Positions 16,263 to 24,149 of a stretch of 64,000 bases of DNA are shown here, piece after piece. The notes beneath the pieces are model-generated. The model searched no databases. It worked only from the letters and a program-made list of their open reading frames with translations, and was not told where the DNA came from. A program made the translations under genes and the position numbers. Within the stretch, counting starts at the first letter, position 1. Every line of letters starts with the position of its first letter. This DNA comes from an uncultured archaeon (GTDB taxonomy: Archaea; Iainarchaeota; Iainarchaeia; Iainarchaeales; VGJJ01): NCBI GenBank assembly GCA_964427715.1, contig CAYRUV010000003.1, forward strand, positions 9,837 to 73,836, written 5' to 3'.

Positions 16263-16583
16263 ATGATCTATGTTCTGGTGAAGGATCTATTCTTCCGCTC
16301 CAAAATTGACGCCACCGCTCACGCGTTGAAAAAGAAGATCGAATTCTCCTCCGATGTGTACACGATCAAAAACGCATCCCTAGTCTTAGTAGATTTGGAG
16401 GAGTTTGGGTTGGAGGGAATTCAAAAAATAGTGGAGCACAATCCCAACGCCAAAATCATCGGTTTCCTTTCCCACAAACGAGCCGAACTGATTGCCCGTG
16501 CGGGAAAGATTCCCACATTGAGGGTATTGCCGCGTTCTCGTTTTGTGGAAGAACTAAATGAGATCTTGTCCCATGGCTATTGA
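16263..16583 (+). CDS. CheY-like receiver-fold protein (degenerate, stand-alone)
   Basis: 106 aa with an alternating beta/alpha pattern: MIYVLVKD..., SLVLVDLEEFG (Asp at the phospho-acceptor-like position), KIIGFLSH. The acidic pair is incomplete. Confidence 0.35.
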   Translation: MIYVLVKDLFFRSKIDATAHALKKKIEFSSDVYTIKNASLVLVDLEEFGLEGIQKIVEHNPNAKIIGFLSHKRAELIARAGKIPTLRVLPRSRFVEELNEILSHGY

Positions 16584-16868
16584 GTCGATCCATTTTTCCT
16601 TAATTTCCTTCAAATCCTCTTTTTTTACGCCCTTGAACCACACATGCTCGGGTTCGATGCAGATAATGGGACCCAATCCACAATAGTCTAAACAGCCCGC
16701 TTTCACGATGCGTATTTTCTTGTTTAATCCTTTTGAACGAACGTATTCTTTCAGTTCCGCGTGGATTTCGATGCTTCCATTATTTCCGCACAGCTTGGGA
16801 TCATTTACGTCTTTTTGGTTGGTACACACGAGGATGAGTCGTTGGTGCGTGGGATAGAAGTTCTCCAT
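16554..16868 (-). CDS. Thioredoxin-like [2Fe-2S] ferredoxin domain protein
   Basis: Four Cys spaced as LILVCTN...KLCGN...AGCLDYCGLGP, typical of this family. The 3' end overlaps the convergent gene by 30 nt. Confidence 0.6.
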   Translation of the reverse strand: MENFYPTHQRLILVCTNQKDVNDPKLCGNNGSIEIHAELKEYVRSKGLNKKIRIVKAGCLDYCGLGPIICIEPEHVWFKGVKKEDLKEIKEKWIDSIAMGQDLI

Positions 16869-16903
16869 ACTCCTTTTCCCTTAGAGAATCGTTTTAATGG
16901 TTC

Positions 16904-17236
16904 TCAATCTAGGGGGCACTCGCAGGGTTTTTCCTTCAACAATTGGAGTTGCCTCTTGGGGGAGTCCACAAATTCGTCCTGCATCTTTTTTCCCTTCGCG
17001 TGCCTTTTGTTGAGCGGGGAGGCGTGGACGTATCCTCGTTTTTCCATCTCCACCACTAACTTTTCATGGCGTGCATACAATGCGGCCAGCTTCCCGACCC
17101 AGCGCTTGGTTTCCGGGTGGTTGCGGTACCCTTTCTTGTCTTGGGATAGGATTACGTAAATAGCGTGAAGCTCGCGATGTTCACCCAGGAGATGCTTCCG
17201 GCACAAAATAGATGGAGATACGTCCCACACGCGCAT
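16904..17236 (-). CDS. Pyrimidine-dimer DNA glycosylase / endonuclease V (DenV-like) family protein
   Basis: MRVWDVSPSILCRKHLLGEHRELHAIY...KKGYRNHPETKRW...RGY matches the family pattern (MRLW..P..L....L..E.RE......KGYRNHP). Confidence 0.7.
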   Translation of the reverse strand: MRVWDVSPSILCRKHLLGEHRELHAIYVILSQDKKGYRNHPETKRWVGKLAALYARHEKLVVEMEKRGYVHASPLNKRHAKGKKMQDEFVDSPKRQLQLLKEKPCECPLD

Positions 17237-18024
17237 CAGATTTCCCCTTCCAAGTATTTTTTACGCGCGGCAGGGGAGAAACGTTCAATGGAATAGCGCA
17301 GCATCGTGCGGGGCATTCTTTGGTAGCGCAATTGGAGAAATGAATTGAGTGCATGCTCATCCTTTTTTCCCACCTCTCTCAACATCCACCCGCAGGCCTT
17401 GTGGAGCAAGTCATGAGGATCGTTCATCAGGTTATCGGTAATTCGAAACGTGTCCCTGAATTCCTTCTTGCGGATGAAGTGGAGCGTGGATACGATGGCG
17501 ATTCTTTTTTTCCACAAATGGGAAGAACGGGAAAGTATGTCCAACAATTTGCGATTCTTTTCTTTTTCAAGGTGGGCGCCTACAATTTTGTCTGCGGACA
17601 AATCCACCAAGTCCCAGTTGTTCACGCGCTCCACATTTTGGAGGTAGAAATCAAACACCTCTTTTCTCGTTTGTTCATCGCCCTTCTGGTATTGCCCCAC
17701 AAGTATGAGTAATCCCACGAGGCGCTCCTCGTGAATGGGGGAATCGAGCAGGGGTCGTATTTCTTCAAATGAGATATTGGCGAATTTTTTCGCCACAATC
17801 CGCGTGTCGGGTACGGTGACGCCGATAAATTGATCCCCCTCCCCATACTGCCCTTTTCCGGTTTTGAAAAAACGAAGATTTACTTTTCTCCTCTCCTCCG
17901 AGGCATACTTTCGGAGTTCTTTTTGGACGGGGGTCATACTCGAAAGGGAACGAAATTCTCCATTTAATAGAAACCCTGGCCCTTCGCCACAATCAATCAC
18001 GAATGATTGCTCGTCAATCGTCAA
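17236..18024 (-). CDS. DNA alkylation repair protein (AlkD-like HEAT-repeat glycosylase family)
   Basis: LRFFKTGKGQYGEGDQFIGVTVPDTR, NNWDLVDLSADKIVG and HDLLHKACGWMLREVGKKD. TTG start at 18024; a later ATG is possible. Its stop overlaps the DenV-like start (TGATG). Confidence 0.75.
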   Translation of the reverse strand: MTIDEQSFVIDCGEGPGFLLNGEFRSLSSMTPVQKELRKYASEERRKVNLRFFKTGKGQYGEGDQFIGVTVPDTRIVAKKFANISFEEIRPLLDSPIHEERLVGLLILVGQYQKGDEQTRKEVFDFYLQNVERVNNWDLVDLSADKIVGAHLEKEKNRKLLDILSRSSHLWKKRIAIVSTLHFIRKKEFRDTFRITDNLMNDPHDLLHKACGWMLREVGKKDEHALNSFLQLRYQRMPRTMLRYSIERFSPAARKKYLEGEI

Positions 18025-18459
18025 ACGGGGGTGTTTTTATTGTCCAATACTTCAATACAGTCGATGACTCGAAGTGCGTTCTCAACGAATCGTTTCTTCT
18101 TCTGCATTTCGAATAATCATTGGAATTTCAAGCGCTGAAATTCACCCCCAACCAAGCTGATTGGAACAGTAGTGGTGTGGGGCCGAGGGTTTTGATTTCC
18201 TTTAGGCTCACGAATCAATACAACTAATCGGATAGGCTCACCCGGGAGGTGGGATAAAAATGGCACTTGGCGCAGCAAAAAGACGTATGTTCAAAGGGAG
18301 ACTACACCGCGTGGCCCCGCATCCGCGCATTAGTGTGGACGATTTGACTCCAGAAAAATGGTTCAAGAAACCACCCAATCTGGAAATGACTCCTCTTTCG
18401 GAGTAGGAGAGGAAGTTAAATACTTCCCTCCATGCATTCCCGTATAGGAGGTCCTACTC

Positions 18460-19029
18460 ATGGATCGCATCATTCCAGTTGCATTAATCATCGGGGCCAT
18501 CGCCCTGATTGGTATTTTTTGGATCATGGGAATCTACAACGGCGAAGTGGTTCTCAACCAAAATGTCGAAAAATCCTGGGCCAACGTCGAGTCGGAATAC
18601 ACGCGACGCTTTGATTTGGTTCCCCAGCTTATAAGTGTGGTGACGGGTGCCGCCTCGTTTGAGCAGGAGACGCTTACCCAATTGACGGCATTGCGCTCTC
18701 AATGGCAAACCCAAACCGCCCAAGCCGATAAGATTGCCACCGCCAACCAGTTTGAGTCCACTCTTTCCAAGCTCTTGGTGATTACAGAGAATTATCCGGA
18801 GTTGAAGTCTAATGAGAACTTCCTGGAGCTCCAGGCCACGCTAGAAGGGAATGAGAATCGTATCTCGGTGGAACGTAAGCGCTTTAACGACGCGGTGCGC
18901 GAATACAACATCTACATTCAGTTGTTCCCCAATAGTATGTTGTTGAGCGGGAAGTCCCAGAAGGATTACTTCGAAGCCCCCGAGGGTGCCGAAGTAGCCC
19001 CGACGATTCCAACCGACTTCACGAACTAG
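18460..19029 (+). CDS. lemA: LemA family protein
   Basis: N-terminal TM, then SWANVESEYTRRFDLVPQLISVV...ENRISVERKRFNDAVREYN. TAGGAGGT Shine-Dalgarno site upstream. Confidence 0.9.
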   Translation: MDRIIPVALIIGAIALIGIFWIMGIYNGEVVLNQNVEKSWANVESEYTRRFDLVPQLISVVTGAASFEQETLTQLTALRSQWQTQTAQADKIATANQFESTLSKLLVITENYPELKSNENFLELQATLEGNENRISVERKRFNDAVREYNIYIQLFPNSMLLSGKSQKDYFEAPEGAEVAPTIPTDFTN

Positions 19030-19045
19030 CGGGAGAGACTAACCC

Positions 19046-19975
19046 ATGCGTCTCCTCCCCTTGGTTCTTTTTTTCCTCCTCCTGAGCGTGAGCGCTCACG
19101 CCCAAGCGATTCCACCCTCTCCTTCGGGATACGTGTTGGATTCATCCGGAGTGTTGAGCACGGAACAACGCCAAGCACTGGAACTGCGATTAGGACAGCT
19201 GGAACAATCCACCACCGTCGAAGTCGCCGTGTATATCTTTCCTTCCTTGGAGGGAGGGAACATGTTCCTCCACACGCAGGAAGTGTTTGACGCGTGGAAG
19301 ATTGGGAATGCGGAGATAGACAATGGATTGCTGATTGCTATTTCCACGCAAGATAGGGAGTGGAGAATTCACACAGGGTATGGGCTCGAAGGAACCCTCC
19401 CGGATTCCTTGGCCTACCGTATTGGCACACGGAAGATGGTTCCCTTGCTCAAAGAAGGGGATTATTTTGGGGGAATTTCGGCGGCATTAGATGATGTGGA
19501 GGGATTAATGAGTGGAAATGAGGAGATGCGCGCGTCCTATGAGGACGATGATCCCTTCGCTTCTCCGTTCGAATTGTTCGGACTTGGATTCTCCATGGCT
19601 CTCATGGCAGGGGCGTTGTTGGTATTGGTTTTGGGCAAACTCCTCGTGAGTCTTCCTAAAGAAAAGAAATTGGAAACGGGGATTGGGAATTTCTTTTTCA
19701 TCCTCCTATCGGGCTTCTGGGTCCTGTTGATGACGGGGTTTGTGGGTGCATTGTTCATTGGTTCCTTCTATGGTTTTTCATTTCTGAGCCTTTACTACGC
19801 CTACCTCTTGTTCGCGGTTCCCCTTCCGATGAAAATCAGCACCTTGGGTCCCATGACGGGAATGGGAGGAATTGGTCGAGGCGGTTTTGGGGGAGGCAGT
19901 TTTGGTGGGGGATTTGGAAGCGGAGGTTTTGGCGGTGGAATGAGTGGGGGTGGCGGGGCCGGGGGTCGTTTCTAG
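19046..19975 (+). CDS. TPM-domain (YgcG-like) membrane protein with a Gly-rich tail
   Basis: Signal peptide, YVLDSSGVLS...VEVAVYIFPSL...WKIGNAEIDNGLLIAIS...RIHTGYGLEGTLPD, TM helices, and a GGFGGGSFGGGFGSGGFGGG tail. This is the classic LemA partner. Confidence 0.85.
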   Translation: MRLLPLVLFFLLLSVSAHAQAIPPSPSGYVLDSSGVLSTEQRQALELRLGQLEQSTTVEVAVYIFPSLEGGNMFLHTQEVFDAWKIGNAEIDNGLLIAISTQDREWRIHTGYGLEGTLPDSLAYRIGTRKMVPLLKEGDYFGGISAALDDVEGLMSGNEEMRASYEDDDPFASPFELFGLGFSMALMAGALLVLVLGKLLVSLPKEKKLETGIGNFFFILLSGFWVLLMTGFVGALFIGSFYGFSFLSLYYAYLLFAVPLPMKISTLGPMTGMGGIGRGGFGGGSFGGGFGSGGFGGGMSGGGGAGGRF

Positions 19976-20430
19976 AGTCGTCCTTTCTTTTTCATTACAT
20001 TTTCATAGTGTTGGATGTATTCCTTCACGCTTATTTTACTAATTACTTTCCCAATCACGTCTAAGGGCAGGTCTTCGAGTGTATTGAATCGTATACACCC
20101 TTTCCCTGCGCGAAGTTTGAGCTTTCTTTTCTTGAATTCGTTTACAAACCACGCATTCATTTCCTCGTTCCAATACAATCCCATCAAGTAAAGGGAATAG
20201 TTGTTTTTCTGCGCGGCTAATCCGGCATAGGAGAGGGGTTTTTTGTTGTAGGTGGTGGGATACATCCTCATTGGTATTTCGTACGATATCATTCCCCAGT
20301 TCATGGTTTCCACATATCCTTTAGGGAGGTTATCCACGATGGCCTTTCGCACCGCGCGGATGATTTTAGCGCGTTCGGGAGGGAGGGAACGGATGTACTC
20401 GCTTACGGTTTTGGCGTTACTGGAGACCAT
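19972..20430 (-). CDS. DUF1801 (YdhG-like) domain protein
   Basis: MVSSNAKTVSEYIRSLPPERAKIIRAVRKAIVDNLPKGYVETMNWGMISY. The upstream 29 codons of the track ORF were discarded. Confidence 0.7.
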   Translation of the reverse strand: MVSSNAKTVSEYIRSLPPERAKIIRAVRKAIVDNLPKGYVETMNWGMISYEIPMRMYPTTYNKKPLSYAGLAAQKNNYSLYLMGLYWNEEMNAWFVNEFKKRKLKLRAGKGCIRFNTLEDLPLDVIGKVISKISVKEYIQHYENVMKKKGRL

Positions 20431-20531
20431 TTTGTATGGAAAGTGGGGTCGGAATATAATCCTTCTTTCAGGGTTTGAAGGTTCCCAGGAGTAGAGCGTG
20501 TCCAAGAATTTGCCCACTCATTTTTCTTGAC

Positions 20532-20849
20532 TTATGCAATAGTGGCTCCTTCTTTCAATCCCACTTTTCCGCGTAGTGCGTACACGTTGAAATAGTATCG
20601 ATGTTCTCGGTCCGGGGGTGCAGGTCCATTATATTGGTTGTTTTTTTCTGTGGTGATTCTTATCAAGCCTTCCGGATTTTTTCCTTCAGGAATATCGGGG
20701 TCAATCATCAGTAAGACAAGGGAGCCTGTTCCTTCCGGCACGTCATGGATATTCAGTGCTGGAGAGATATTCCCAAAATTTTTCCCATATTTGAGAGGGA
20801 TGGGTTTTCCATTTTCAAATGCAGGGGAGGTGAGCCGCATGGCCGTCAT
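20532..20849 (-). CDS. Short PEBP / YbhB-YbcL family protein
   Basis: LTSPAFENGKPIPLKYG...ISPALNIHDVPEGTGSLVLLMIDPDIPEG...GPAPPDREHRYYFNVYAL. ATGA overlap with the upstream gene. It is only 105 aa, shorter than usual. Confidence 0.7.
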   Translation of the reverse strand: MTAMRLTSPAFENGKPIPLKYGKNFGNISPALNIHDVPEGTGSLVLLMIDPDIPEGKNPEGLIRITTEKNNQYNGPAPPDREHRYYFNVYALRGKVGLKEGATIA

Positions 20850-21526
20850 AAGGGAGGGTTGGTCGATTCTTTGGTAGTGGCTGCCGCGGCAAGGGCGGCA
20901 TCGTGTTGTTTTTTCTTGCGGGTAAAAAATCCAATTCCTTGCAGGAGGACCACACTCGCAACGAGAGTCCATACTCCGAGTTCGGCGAGATTGATGAACA
21001 CATTTCCCTCCGGGAGGATTACGATTGTTCCCTTCTGGCTGAGGTAGTAGTGTCCCACAATCAGCAGGAAGGCCAAATAGTTCAATTGTTGCACGCGCTT
21101 CCACCATCGTCCTCCCAGTTTTCGCATGGCATAATCGGAGGATGTGAGGGCTAGGAGGGTAAACACACCCATGGCAGGTACGGCGATGAGTGTGTTGGTG
21201 GATGTAAAAGAGAGGGCCCAATCTCCTCCATACACGTGCACAAGGATGAGGAGGAAATGCATGACCATGAATGTGAACCCCGCGAGTCCGATGGCTCTTC
21301 GCGGTTCGATCAGTGGTGCAAATCGGGAGGGGGACAGCACCACGAGGGGGCCAATGGCTAACGTGACGGTTACGAAGGACAGGGCTGCGAGTCCGAAGAA
21401 TCGGATGAATAGGGTCTCGGGGGCGGTGTTGAAGAAGGAAAGGTATCCTCCCAGGAGTGCGAGAAAGAGGGACAGGACCAGAAATATCATGCTCGTTTTC
21501 TGCATCTTTTTTTCCTCCTTCATCAT
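20846..21526 (-). CDS. Ferric-reductase-like transmembrane protein (MsrQ/YedZ-like heme b membrane subunit)
   Basis: Six TM helices. RRAIGLAGFTFMVMHFLL and LNYLAFLLIVGHYYL carry the spaced His residues typical of the family. Confidence 0.65.
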   Translation of the reverse strand: MMKEEKKMQKTSMIFLVLSLFLALLGGYLSFFNTAPETLFIRFFGLAALSFVTVTLAIGPLVVLSPSRFAPLIEPRRAIGLAGFTFMVMHFLLILVHVYGGDWALSFTSTNTLIAVPAMGVFTLLALTSSDYAMRKLGGRWWKRVQQLNYLAFLLIVGHYYLSQKGTIVILPEGNVFINLAELGVWTLVASVVLLQGIGFFTRKKKQHDAALAAAATTKESTNPPL

Positions 21527-22023
21527 CCAGCCTTCGGGGCGGGGATGCTGGATCCCACGGCTCCGAGATAGTATTTTTTCAGCATCGCATCGGCGGTGTT
21601 AGAGTGTCCCTGCGCATTGTAGGGTTTAGTTCCATCCTTCCCGCAGTAGGGGATAAAGGCTGTTCCGCCGGGGTGGTTGACGAAGGCGCTTAGGTCGTAT
21701 ACATTTCCTGAGATTATCATCCAACAGTCTTTTTTCTTGGCATGCTTGGCCACTTCGCTCAGGGAGAGGGTAATCGTGGGTTCGGCAGGGGGCTGCACAG
21801 GCGGAGTGACCACGGGGGGGATTTCATTCACGTCAGGGGGTGCCATTGTTTCATTCACATCCGGCAAGGTGGGGGTGTCTGGTGGGCTCGTGGGGATTTC
21901 AATGATTGGATTTTCAACGGGTGGCGGTTCAGGAAGGTCAAGGGATTGAGGGTCCACGGTCACGAGGCATCCGCTCATTAGAATAAGTAGGGCCAGTCCG
22001 ACTACGAGTATTTTTTCATTCAT
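21523..22023 (-). CDS. Lipoprotein with a Pro-rich linker and a cytochrome b5-like heme-binding domain
   Basis: MNEKILVVGLALLILMSGC lipobox, a duplicated PPDVNE unit, then CWMIISGNVYDLSAFVNHPGG. ATGA overlap with the downstream gene. The GTG at 22032 is also possible. Confidence 0.7.
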   Translation of the reverse strand: MNEKILVVGLALLILMSGCLVTVDPQSLDLPEPPPVENPIIEIPTSPPDTPTLPDVNETMAPPDVNEIPPVVTPPVQPPAEPTITLSLSEVAKHAKKKDCWMIISGNVYDLSAFVNHPGGTAFIPYCGKDGTKPYNAQGHSNTADAMLKKYYLGAVGSSIPAPKAG

Positions 22024-22253
22024 CGCATTCACCCCTGTTCATCGAATCACGAGTGGTTTGTTCAAAAACCTTGTCCGAGATTCAGCCTAAGTCCTAATCT
22101 TTAGTCATCATTCATAATGGCAATAGTATCCGAAATGAAACTGTTTCGTGGGGTGAATTTGGGAGAACCTTTATACGTCTCGCCCGACGGGTGTCATGCA
22201 TGGATCTGTCATGCCGGATGGGCATTCAGAAACGCATTCGGGAGGAATGACAT

Positions 22254-23459
22254 ATGTACGGGTTGAACGCAGGAATAATGGGGGTCGTTTTTTTGCTTAT
22301 TTTTTCAATGGGGGTTAGTGCGGTTGGAGGTTGGTCAATTGTTTCCAGTCCGGACTATCCAAATAAGATCAGCAACACGTTTACCTCCACCTCCTACCTC
22401 TCCCCCACTGACGTGTGGGCGGTTGGAAAGACGGGGAATGATTTGAATCCGACGGGAACGGTGGGTGTTCCTCTCGTCCAGCACTTTGATGGGGAGCAAT
22501 GGTCCATCGTCGAGGTTGCCCTTCCAGCTAATTCGAATGTGGTCGAGCTGAATGACATCGAGACGATTTCTCCCAACAATGTGTGGGCGGTGGGGTCGTA
22601 TGGGAATGTCTCGAGTGCCTTCACGAAGACGCTGATTGAGCATTGGGATGGGTCCTCTTGGACGATCGTTCCTTCTCCGGATCAGCTGGAGGGGAGCTAC
22701 GATAGTGAATTGTACGCCATTACTTCAGTGAGTGGAAAAGCCAATGATATTTGGGCGGTGGGTGCGTATCGCATTCCTGGATATCAAATCCCTATCTTGT
22801 TGCACTGGGACGGGGTCACGTGGAAGAGTTCCAAGCTTCCAGCTGGAACACTAAATGGGGCCCTCTACGATGTGACGGCGATTAATGCGCGGGATGTATG
22901 GGTCGTGGGGAACAACCAAACCAACACTCTGTTTTCGATGCATTTTGACGGGATGCGCTGGAAGGTGGTGAATGGGCCTACGCTCAATTCTCCTGTCAAC
23001 TATATTCAGCTCAACAGCGTGTCGGCTGCGAGCAAGAATGATGTTTGGGCGAGCGGGTTCACGTATGGGAGTCTATTGAATCCGTATTTCTATTCGCCTT
23101 TCCTCGCACACTGGAATGGGTCACAGTGGGAGAATGTCACGGCGAAGTTCAATAGTGATCAGCCTTTCCTCCCGTATTCGGTCGCATTCACCACGGGTGG
23201 AATTAAAGCGCTAGGTTCGAATGATGTGTGGGTTTTCGGCGACAAGTTTGATCCCGTTTTAGGTGCAGGCCCCAATCTTCAGCATTGGGACGGGTCCAAG
23301 TGGACGGAGTCCCCAGTTGAGAAGCCTGTGGGGTATGGCCGCATTACCGATGTAGATGGGGCAAATGGCACGTTGTGGGCGGTAGGGTATTACTCCAATC
23401 CCTATTCCTATCCGCTCAACCTGGGACAGCATACGTTGGTGGAGAAATACAGTGAGTGA
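22254..23459 (+). CDS. Secreted seven-bladed beta-propeller-like repeat protein
   Basis: Signal peptide. Seven (D/N/T)(V/I/L)W(A/V)(V/S/F)G units alternate with six H(F/W)(D/N)G-x2-W units. GGAGG Shine-Dalgarno site upstream. Confidence 0.6.
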   Translation: MYGLNAGIMGVVFLLIFSMGVSAVGGWSIVSSPDYPNKISNTFTSTSYLSPTDVWAVGKTGNDLNPTGTVGVPLVQHFDGEQWSIVEVALPANSNVVELNDIETISPNNVWAVGSYGNVSSAFTKTLIEHWDGSSWTIVPSPDQLEGSYDSELYAITSVSGKANDIWAVGAYRIPGYQIPILLHWDGVTWKSSKLPAGTLNGALYDVTAINARDVWVVGNNQTNTLFSMHFDGMRWKVVNGPTLNSPVNYIQLNSVSAASKNDVWASGFTYGSLLNPYFYSPFLAHWNGSQWENVTAKFNSDQPFLPYSVAFTTGGIKALGSNDVWVFGDKFDPVLGAGPNLQHWDGSKWTESPVEKPVGYGRITDVDGANGTLWAVGYYSNPYSYPLNLGQHTLVEKYSE

Positions 23460-23517
23460 TGGTCAATTGAGTTTAACTAATGAGGAAAAAAACATATCGT
23501 ACACGGAGAAGATACCT

Positions 23518-23973
23518 ATGAATCCAAAAACGCTATCAGTCATTTTCATTTTCGCTCTAATGGCCACCACGGTCTTGGCAGTGGGGATTAGTCCACCCAT
23601 CGGCATTGAGCGTCAAGAAACTAAACCAGGAAAGTGGGTTGAGGGCGTGACCTACATGATTGACTTGCCCTACGCTGGATATGATCCACTTTTTTCATTT
23701 ATCAAAAATGGGAATCAAATCAAACTTAATTCAAATTGTGCATTTTCGAGTGGGTGCGATTATTATGGAAACTGGAAGAACACATTTACATTGACTCAGT
23801 CGGACGATAAGACATTTGATTTATTCTACATCAATTCTACCGTCCATACTCATTATCAGTTTCGCGTTCAACCGACGGGAAATGTAAGGGTCTATGTTTC
23901 TCACGACCAGTGCTACCCCGCAGGGTGTCAAAATCCCCCTCTTCATTTAATTGGGACCTACCAATTAGGCTAG
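23518..23973 (+). CDS. Hypothetical secreted protein
   Basis: MNPKTLSVIFIFALMATTVLAVG signal, four Cys. The track start at 23452 overlaps the previous gene. Confidence 0.45.
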   Translation: MNPKTLSVIFIFALMATTVLAVGISPPIGIERQETKPGKWVEGVTYMIDLPYAGYDPLFSFIKNGNQIKLNSNCAFSSGCDYYGNWKNTFTLTQSDDKTFDLFYINSTVHTHYQFRVQPTGNVRVYVSHDQCYPAGCQNPPLHLIGTYQLG

Positions 23974-23983
23974 TTCTCAGTGA

Positions 23984-24055
23984 AGCCCTCGATGGGATTT
24001 GAACCCACGACCCCCAGTTTACAAAACTGGTGCTCTGCCGCTGAGCTACGAGGGC
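23984..24055 (-). tRNA. tRNA-Thr (anticodon TGT)
   Basis: Acceptor GCCCTCG/CGAGGGC, D arm GCTC-AGCGGCA-GAGC, anticodon stem CCAGT/ACTGG with loop TTTGTAA, T arm GTGGG-TTCAAAT-CCCAT. Confidence 0.9.
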
Positions 24056-24079
24056 GCTAGTTGAGAGTGGGGAAAAACC

Positions 24080-24089
24080 CATATAAAAG
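24080..24089 (-). promoter_or_regulatory. TATA box (CTTTTATATGG on minus) about 30 nt upstream of tRNA-Thr(TGT)
   Basis: Position and sequence fit an archaeal tRNA promoter. Confidence 0.45.
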
Positions 24090-24149
24090 GCGGTTTTGGC
24101 CGGTGTTTGGAATGAGGGCTTTTATGCCTTTTCTAGGGGTTTAACGTGT

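Noticed and set aside
18055-18140. Possible C/D-box sRNA (CGATGAC ... GCGCTGAAA). A similar GATGA pair occurs at 40420-40475.
   Set aside because: The candidate C box is not RUGAUGA. No correctly spaced D' and C' boxes or terminal stem could be found. In the 40.4-kb case the putative D boxes read CTGG rather than CTGA.
20850-21221. 124-codon N-terminal extension of the PEBP ORF in the track (20532-21221).
   Set aside because: It overlaps the MsrQ-like gene in another frame and is Cys/Arg/His/Pro-rich. PEBP homology starts at Met125, whose ATG forms an ATGA overlap with the upstream stop.
21800-21900. Short tandem DNA repeat (encoding PPDVNE twice), and the Met-rich repeat at 11918-12059, considered as possible CRISPR or minisatellite arrays.
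   Set aside because: Both are in-frame coding repeats within well-supported genes. There are only 2-4 imperfect units and no repeat-spacer architecture. I found no CRISPR array anywhere in the window.
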